Shown here: piece after piece, positions 8,970-15,263 of the stretch | Numbering within the stretch: position 1 is the first letter of the stretch | How the letters are laid out: every line of letters begins with the position of its first letter | Assembly: GCA_044345055.1 (NCBI GenBank) | Contig: JBIJBT010000023.1 | Location: 1 to 35,899, forward strand | Source: Bdellovibrionota bacterium | Lineage (GTDB): Bacteria; Bdellovibrionota_C; UBA2361; OMIW01 | Direction: 5' to 3' | Length of the DNA stretch: 35,899 nucleotides | Position numbers and translations under genes: made by a program | Notes under the pieces: generated by a model | Told to the model about the DNA's origin: nothing | The model's database searches: none | The model's input: only the letters and a program-made list of their open reading frames with translations

Positions 8970-9734
8970 TTAACTTGTCGGTGCCTCAACTGATTTTAGC
9001 GCCGCATCAGCGATAAACACCTGATTATTGAGCTGTTGGGCGAGGTATTCTCGAAGACCGAATGAAGCATCGCGAGTAAGCCCCGGAATGGTACAAAGAT
9101 GTTCGCCCGCATTTACAGGAATAAGAAGAGAAACATTATACACTCCAAAGAGAATATCCGCAAAATTGCGCCGCACCAAAATATCTGCGACCGGCAGAAG
9201 TGGTACCGATGCGTAAACTTTAAAAAGAATGCCCCGCTCAATTAATAATCGAAATCCCTCGATCCGATAAGAAAAGTTTCGCCGGTAGAGCTCCCAATAT
9301 CCAATACTGATCATCAGCGCGATGATTGCAACTCTAAATACAGTGAAATGAATCCGTGTCATCGTTTCATCCATTTCACTTAGTCCGCTTACTCCATGGA
9401 ACCAAATAAACGAACAAAGAGAGAGGATGGCGAGGACGGCCCACCCGTAACTCTTTCGAATTGAGAAACGCAAAGCGATCGGGTATTGCTGATAGAGATC
9501 GAACTCCTTGTTGTACCAAAGCATGTCGCTTCTTTGATGCAAAGGAATCGAGTTAATTTGTGCTGGTTTTGCGACAGATTGTGTTCCAACCGCGATTGTT
9601 GTCTCGGCCTCTGCGGCTTGTGAGGATCTTTTTCTTGCAGCAGTGTTTCCGACAGGTCTACGGTGTATTGTCCGACGTGGGACTTGGCGGGTACGACGGG
9701 CTGTTGGGGTAGTTAAGGCGGTCACGGCGAACAA
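8970..9734 (-). CDS. Membrane protein with bacterial PH (bPH_2 / YdbS-like) domain
   Basis: Two TM helices followed by YRIEGFRLLIERGILFK...VRRNFADILFGVYNV...IPGL, the YdbS/bPH_2 pattern. Start uncertain. Confidence 0.7.
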   Translation of the reverse strand: MFAVTALTTPTARRTRQVPRRTIHRRPVGNTAARKRSSQAAEAETTIAVGTQSVAKPAQINSIPLHQRSDMLWYNKEFDLYQQYPIALRFSIRKSYGWAVLAILSLCSFIWFHGVSGLSEMDETMTRIHFTVFRVAIIALMISIGYWELYRRNFSYRIEGFRLLIERGILFKVYASVPLLPVADILVRRNFADILFGVYNVSLLIPVNAGEHLCTIPGLTRDASFGLREYLAQQLNNQVFIADAALKSVEAPTS

Positions 9735-10376
9735 TGCTCCTAAAATGGAAGAAGGGAAGCCGAAGCGATGCTCTCAAGCAGCTGCACGCGTCGTGGATCC
9801 ACACGTAGGAAATCTATCTTTTCCTTAAAGCCTAGCGCACCTTGAGTAGTTGCGCATGGGCTGAAGGAGCGTAAAGAACAGATAGGCCAATAGCCAACGG
9901 CTGAGTGCAATAGCATTCGAGCTCATAGGGCCTCAAAAGGCTTGCGATCATTTATTTAAGTCGCCTCGAATAACGCTCTTTCTGACTGTTCTTCGCTGAC
10001 TATTAACGATCAACCTGTCTGTTTACTCTGCTGGAGGCGTGGCTTTCAGATGCTAAAGAACGCCTGATCGACCCGCAAACATTAAAAAACCGGCTGATGA
10101 TCCGAGAAGGAAAAAATTCTTCAGAGATTTAGCGAACGTACGATAGCTGACAAAACAGTTATAAACCTTGATTCAACCTAAACGGCTCAGCTTGCCCTCT
10201 TGATGAAGCGGCCGGGCTTTTGTTTTCTCGTCTTCTATCTTTAATCTTTGCACCCTAGCACATAGACGGGAGCTTCGCAAGGAGGCTCAATTTCTCTTAT
10301 AGCGCGTCTTGTTTTATTAGCTTAAACCTGAACTAATCGGAAGTAATCTTAGATCTATAGGGAACTCTCCAACTCA

Positions 10377-10943
10377 ATGTACCGTCTCACGAGTAAAAAT
10401 CATCACTATCTTGCTACGGTTCTGCGTGAGGGCGATTGCGCGATTGATCTGACTGCGGGAAATGGTCATGACGCAGAGTTTTTATTGCAACATGTTGGCC
10501 CCGCCGGGGTCGTTTTTGCGTTCGATCTTCAGCTTGCTGCGATTGAAGCAACTGCCAAGCGGTGTGAGGTTTGGAGAGATCAGTTGCGGCTAATTCATGA
10601 TTGTCATTCAAGATTGAGGGAGAGTTTGCCTGGTGAGGTGCGGGGAAATATTGGAGCGGTGGTGGGAAATCTTGGATATTTGCCGGGTGGAGACCGTGAG
10701 ATTATTACCCGAGCGGAGAGTTCTCGCGTTGCAGTTCAGGAGGCGTTCTCGCTGGTGCGGGCGGGTGGGGTAGTGTCGATCATTGCGTATACGGGACATC
10801 CGGGGGGATGGGATGAGGCGATAGCGATGAGGGAGCTATTTGAGCAGCGTCGGGGGCCTGGTTGGCAGATTGTTGTCGAGGGGGAGCTGGCGGAGGATTC
10901 CGGACGTCCAGTTTGGTATCTAGCAAGAAAAAGTGAGGTTTGA
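10377..10943 (+). CDS. mnmM: Class I SAM-dependent methyltransferase, YtqB/MnmM family (tRNA mnm5s2U34)
   Basis: IDLTAGNGHD, VFAFDLQ, NLGYLPGGDR and YTGHPGG motifs typical of the YtqB 'rRNA methylase' family. Confidence 0.8.
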   Translation: MYRLTSKNHHYLATVLREGDCAIDLTAGNGHDAEFLLQHVGPAGVVFAFDLQLAAIEATAKRCEVWRDQLRLIHDCHSRLRESLPGEVRGNIGAVVGNLGYLPGGDREIITRAESSRVAVQEAFSLVRAGGVVSIIAYTGHPGGWDEAIAMRELFEQRRGPGWQIVVEGELAEDSGRPVWYLARKSEV

Positions 10944-12661
10944 TGAAGCGTCATCGGTTGTCCCGTAATCGCTTTACCGTTATCGGCATCGATCAAGGAA
11001 GCTCCTCAACGAAAAGTGTGGTGCTGCGAGAGGAAGGAACTATTCTCGGTAGAGCGGTCTGGCCAATTAAGACTGAGGGTGACCGGATAGTGTCCTTTGA
11101 ACACAATCCGGATGAGATTCTCTCTTCGGTTCGTGCTGCGGTTGAGTGGGGGCGCGCAATAAGTGTTGAGGTCGGTTCCTCGGTCGCGGGGGTAGGTCTT
11201 GCAACGCAGCGGTCGGGGGTTATGGCATGGAGTAGAGATGGAGCTCCACTATCTCCGGTTTTGTCTTGGCGAGACGCACGCGGGAGTGAGCTGGCAAGCC
11301 AGGTGCTTTCCTCATCGGAGATTGTGGCCGCTATTGAGGCTCGCTCTGGTCTTATACCAAACCCTTTTTTTGCAGCTTCCAAACTATCGCTACTTCAGCA
11401 GCGATATTCAGCCACAGAAGCCAACGTCACGACCCTTGATTCATTTCTTATCAATGGGTTAGTTGGGTGTAGCGCCCCAGTGACAGATGACTCGATGGCA
11501 TCTAGAACGCTGTTATTTGATATTTCTGAACATCGCTGGTCTCCAGCGTTGTGTGGTTTTTGGGGAGTTGATATCAAGCGCCTCCCTCAGATCCGCCCCT
11601 CCGTAATGGTGCCAGGCACCTTCCCGAGTATGGTGCCAGGCACCTTTGGTGGGCCCAAAAAGGTGCCTGGCACCATGGTGGGAAAAGGTGCCTGGCACCA
11701 TTTCGGGGGGGTGGACGGGGTGCCTGGCACCATGGTGGAGAGGGAATCGAAAAAGGTGCCTGGCACCAAGCTCGGGCAAAAGGTGCCTGGCACCATTTTG
11801 GGAGTGGTGCCGCTTCTTGCTTCATTGGGGGATAAGGAGGCGGCGGTGGTGGGGGCGGTGGGGTTTGGGTGTTTGGAGGGGCCGCAGCGTGTGGTGATCG
11901 ACATTGGTACTTTGATAACTATGACGATCGCTTCAAATTCGCCTCCATCTCCCGTGCGGGGTGTGGGTCGAGGGGTGTTGTGCTCGCTTGGCTCTTTGTC
12001 GGGTGGAGATGGGAAGCGGCGGTTCGTTTATCAACAGGAGCTGCGAAGCAGCATCAGTGGAGATATACTCGATTGGCTCCGGGCTCGATATGGGGATGGG
12101 TATTCACTGGAACGGATGAGTGATATCGCATCCTCGGCGGTAAATCACGATGGTGTTCTCTTTGCGCGTCCTCGGACTGGGAGTTTTGCAGACTCATCTT
12201 CTAGGGGTAGTTCAATTATACCGTTTGAGCCGATCTTCGATGGGATCTCCGACGAGGAGCCGATGAACGTGTCTGCTGCGCTTGAGCACGTAGTTTTTTC
12301 AGTTGCCGAGCTGATTGATAGAGGTAGGGCTTTGAATATCATTACTGAATCCTGTGAGCTCATCGTCTCTGGAGGATTAGCAATGCTTCCCAACTTTTGT
12401 CAGAATCTCTCCAACCTTTCGGCCATTCCACTATTGATTGAAAAAGATGGAGCGAGTGGTTCTGCGGTGGGGGCAGCCTGGCTAGCTCGGGAAGCTGCTT
12501 TTGGTTGGTTTGGTGACTCATCAGTTAGTAAAGGTGAACCCCGAGTCGTTGATAGGCAGCGGATTAGTCCGATGATTACGGTATCTGATACCGCGCTTTT
12601 TAAACGTTATCAGCGATGGCAATCGCTTCGTGATCGGGTGTTAGGTGAAAACGGCCAGTAA
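10943..12661 (+). CDS. FGGY-family carbohydrate kinase (glycerol kinase-like) carrying a ~62-aa repeat-derived insertion
   Basis: IGIDQGSSSTK, GLATQR, SWRDARG, FAASKL, TDDSMASRTLLFDI, LGD, VSGG, AVGAA. TGATG overlap with the upstream gene. Confidence 0.85.
   Translation: MKRHRLSRNRFTVIGIDQGSSSTKSVVLREEGTILGRAVWPIKTEGDRIVSFEHNPDEILSSVRAAVEWGRAISVEVGSSVAGVGLATQRSGVMAWSRDGAPLSPVLSWRDARGSELASQVLSSSEIVAAIEARSGLIPNPFFAASKLSLLQQRYSATEANVTTLDSFLINGLVGCSAPVTDDSMASRTLLFDISEHRWSPALCGFWGVDIKRLPQIRPSVMVPGTFPSMVPGTFGGPKKVPGTMVGKGAWHHFGGVDGVPGTMVERESKKVPGTKLGQKVPGTILGVVPLLASLGDKEAAVVGAVGFGCLEGPQRVVIDIGTLITMTIASNSPPSPVRGVGRGVLCSLGSLSGGDGKRRFVYQQELRSSISGDILDWLRARYGDGYSLERMSDIASSAVNHDGVLFARPRTGSFADSSSRGSSIIPFEPIFDGISDEEPMNVSAALEHVVFSVAELIDRGRALNIITESCELIVSGGLAMLPNFCQNLSNLSAIPLLIEKDGASGSAVGAAWLAREAAFGWFGDSSVSKGEPRVVDRQRISPMITVSDTALFKRYQRWQSLRDRVLGENGQ
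11608..11794. repeat. Intragenic array of 7 REP-like palindromes GGTGCC(A/T)GGCACC
   Basis: Copies start at 11608 and 11632 (A-centred), then 11662, 11687, 11719, 11755 and 11782 (T-centred). Spacers are 11, 17, 12, 19, 23 and 14 bp. Confidence 0.93.
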
Positions 12662-12700
12662 AAAGGGCTAACCAGAAACGGAAGAGACTTGGAGGGATTG

Positions 12701-13552
12701 GTGGCAGAGAATCGTTCTCAACAGGACGGGGTTGTGTGGATACTAGATACCCACCTTCATATTCACCCGATGCACGATACAGCCCTACTTTTAAAAAATC
12801 TTGGCCATTGGCTTAAGGAGATGAAACGTGGTCGAGAGGGAGTTCTGCTTGGAGGAGTGCTCGCGGAGATGCCGGGCGGGTCTGCATGGAATATTTTAAA
12901 AAAGGCCGATTTTCTGCGAGCAGAGGAGCTTCAGATTGAGGTCGTCGATGAAACTGCGCTGCGATATACGGTCGATAGTGAGGAGATTTATCTTTTTTCT
13001 GGTGCTCAGATTGTTACAAGTGAACGAATTGAGGTGCTCGCGATTCTTGCCGAAAGACCGATTCAAAGCGGCCTTTCGCTACGAGAGACGATCGCTGCAA
13101 TTGAGCAGTCACGCGGTATAGTCGTGTTACCTTGGTCGCCAGGGAAGTGGCTGGGACGGCGCGGGATGCTGGTGCGTGAATATCTAAGAGAGCGGCCAAA
13201 CTGTTGGGTTGGAGATATTCCAATGCGGTGGTGGGGGAATTGGAGGACTTTGCGATTGAGGAGGGGGGCTGCGGGGTCGCTTAGAGTTTTGTCCGGATCT
13301 GATCCGTTACCGATTCCGGGCGATGAGGAGATAGTGGGGGTGCTTTCCAGCGAGGTGGCTAGTCGAAGCTTGATGGATGACAGCTCCTCGGCAATGAGCC
13401 AATTATTAAGGATTACTATCAGCGATCCAGCATCTACAGTTGTTCAGCGGGGAGAGCACCAACATTGGTTGACTGCTGTTGCGCGGTGGTGCAGGGTCAT
13501 GGGGGTGCATAACGAACTCTGTAAGGTTCTTGAAAGATTTGCCAAGAATTAG
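12701..13552 (+). CDS. Hypothetical protein, PHP-like metal-binding fold
   Basis: N-terminal DTHLHIH, then QIVTSERIEVLA, LPWSPGKW and C-terminal GSD(PLP), resembling the PHP-domain motif order. Start placed at GTG after GGAGG; the ORF track uses 12689. Confidence 0.6.
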   Translation: MAENRSQQDGVVWILDTHLHIHPMHDTALLLKNLGHWLKEMKRGREGVLLGGVLAEMPGGSAWNILKKADFLRAEELQIEVVDETALRYTVDSEEIYLFSGAQIVTSERIEVLAILAERPIQSGLSLRETIAAIEQSRGIVVLPWSPGKWLGRRGMLVREYLRERPNCWVGDIPMRWWGNWRTLRLRRGAAGSLRVLSGSDPLPIPGDEEIVGVLSSEVASRSLMDDSSSAMSQLLRITISDPASTVVQRGEHQHWLTAVARWCRVMGVHNELCKVLERFAKN

Positions 13553-13651
13553 GCTTTCTTTCACATCTGACTATTCAGATTCAGCTGCAGACCCACATTT
13601 TAAAAGGTTCTGCTGAGCTATTTTACTATGGACTTCCTTGCTCTAACTTCG

Positions 13652-13677
13652 TCGGGAGCCACGATGCTGACTCCCGA
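13652..13677 (-). terminator. Stem-loop just downstream of the pilin-like gene
   Basis: Minus strand TCGGGAGTCA-gcatcg-TGGCTCCCGA forms a 10-bp stem with one G-U pair. There is no U-tract, so it may be a stabilising hairpin rather than an intrinsic terminator. Confidence 0.45.
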
Positions 13678-13690
13678 TTCCAATTACTTC

Positions 13691-14101
13691 TTATTGCTGA
13701 CCACCAGACGGTTCCTTCATGTTAGTCGTATTGAACCAAGTATTGACGAGCGATCTAAGTATGAACGACCCTACCGCTACCACCATCAGACCCATCGCAG
13801 CTCGGTACTGACCGAACGCAGAACTCAGAATCGCTGCGACACCGCACGCAATCATAACGAGGGCACCAAACGCTCCGTTGATGTAGGTGAGGATAACGTC
13901 GGCCGCTTCACTAACCCGGTCATCATTGTAATTTGCCTTGGCGGTGTAGGCACTCGCCTCTACGGTAAGACCCGAAACCAGCAGAATCGCCCCAAGCCCG
14001 AATAACATCAGCTGAACCTGACGAGCTGATGGAGCAACGAGCATTGTTCCTACTTTCTGACATACGTTCGTGTATGCTTTCTTCAATTGTTCTCTTTTCA
14101 T
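13691..14101 (-). CDS. TrbC/VirB2-like pilin precursor
   Basis: Long leader ending in a hydrophobic stretch and ASA (signal peptidase-like site), then a short mature part with two hydrophobic helices joined by a short loop (GAFGALVMIACGVAAILSSAFGQYRAAMGLMVVAVGSFIL). RBS AAGGA. Confidence 0.6.
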   Translation of the reverse strand: MKREQLKKAYTNVCQKVGTMLVAPSARQVQLMLFGLGAILLVSGLTVEASAYTAKANYNDDRVSEAADVILTYINGAFGALVMIACGVAAILSSAFGQYRAAMGLMVVAVGSFILRSLVNTWFNTTNMKEPSGGQQ

Positions 14102-14333
14102 ACGATTCCTTCGATATTACTTGAGACCAGCTCGAGTATCCGTTTCCGAATCCTACCCCTGATCCGCATCAATTTTTTTGTTCACAGCCTACGGCGGTGA
14201 ACGAATATTCTTAGGGAGGTTATGACAACGGAGGCAAAACGGGTATCCTAACAATTGTTTTTTTTTTGCAAAACGGATTTGCGCACTAAGCTTAATCCTC
14301 TTTTGCCCGACTACCGACTTCCATCTCTCCGCC

Positions 14334-15221
14334 ATGATCCTCGATCCATCGCTGGTTCCCTCTTTACCCGAAGCCCCTCTTACTTGCCGTCCCATCGGTA
14401 TTATGCGCACCGCTATGCGGTACAAGTTCGATGCGCCGCATCAGCCCGATGGGACAGCAGAGCGCGAAGGGCGCGTGGAGTTATTACCCGGATTGGGGCT
14501 CGAGGAGGCGATTGGCGACCTGGAGGGTTTTTCTCGAATATGGATTGTGTGGTGGTTCCATCGTAACACTAGGTGGCGGGCGCGGGTGCTACCGCCGAGG
14601 GGGCCGGCGCAGCGGCGCGGGGTTTTTGCAACCCGCTCGCCTCACCGTCCTAACCCGATAGGAATTACGGCTGTGCCACTTCTTAAGGTAGAGGGGCTGA
14701 CGTTGCATGTCGGGAGTAATGATCTTATCGATGGAACCCCTATTCTCGACATTAAACCGTATCTTCCCGCCGTTGATGCGCATCCCGATGAGTCAACTGG
14801 TTGGTTAGCTGAGATCGATGCAGAGTTCAGTAAGCCACGCTATCAGGTGCTCGTTAAGCCCGTTGCAGAGGAACAATCTGAGTGGCTACGAGTTGCGGGA
14901 GGTGTTGATTTTGTGACACGAGCGATTGAGCTGCTTGGCTTAGACCCATCACCTCATCGAACCCGTCGAATTCGTCGCATTGCTGATGGTGGTTCGATGA
15001 TGGCGTGTGGTGGATGGCGGGTTTATTTTTCAGTTGAGGGCGAGACTGTCTCTATAGATCGACTCGCCTCGGGGTATCCAGATCGCATTTTACTCGATAG
15101 TAAAAGATATCCGCTCGTGTTGGACAGAGTGATTCATCTTGAATTTCGAGCAAAGTGGCAACCGTTTGCAGATGATGCTGGAGATGCTAGTTCCGGTATT
15201 GCTGCTGATGATGACGGGTGA
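14334..15221 (+). CDS. trmO: tRNA (t6A37-N6)-methyltransferase TrmO
   Basis: IG.MRT..RYKFDAPHQP, LEGFSRIWIVWWFH, RGVFATRSPHRPNPIG, DLIDGTPILDIKPY. Confidence 0.93.
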   Translation: MILDPSLVPSLPEAPLTCRPIGIMRTAMRYKFDAPHQPDGTAEREGRVELLPGLGLEEAIGDLEGFSRIWIVWWFHRNTRWRARVLPPRGPAQRRGVFATRSPHRPNPIGITAVPLLKVEGLTLHVGSNDLIDGTPILDIKPYLPAVDAHPDESTGWLAEIDAEFSKPRYQVLVKPVAEEQSEWLRVAGGVDFVTRAIELLGLDPSPHRTRRIRRIADGGSMMACGGWRVYFSVEGETVSIDRLASGYPDRILLDSKRYPLVLDRVIHLEFRAKWQPFADDAGDASSGIAADDDG

Positions 15222-15263
15222 TGCGACTTGCCTTGCATAAATACTCGCCATCCGCATTGTGAA

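Noticed and set aside
9735..10376. tmRNA, RNase P, SRP or tRNA in the long intergenic region
   Set aside because: I could not find their hallmark sequences (tRNA-like ends, GAGGAAAGUCC, SRP loop motif) on either strand.
11608..11794. CRISPR array (palindromic repeats with unique spacers)
   Set aside because: The repeat is only 13-18 bp, spacers are 9-56 bp and irregular across the two arrays, orientation flips, the arrays lie inside ORFs, and there is no leader or cas gene.
11513..11904. Several overlapping ORFs with VPGT/GARH/CQAP repeats
   Set aside because: These result from the palindrome being stop-free in all frames; the FGGY kinase frame has conserved motifs on both sides.
10943..12661. 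FGGY kinase as pseudogene or intein-containing gene
   Set aside because: The frame is intact through C-terminal motifs, and the insert has no intein termini or splicing motifs.
14228..14290. c-di-GMP-I riboswitch suggested by GGCAAA...GCAAA
   Set aside because: It lacks the GNRA-capped P2 stem and the P3/receptor pairing; better described as a direct repeat.
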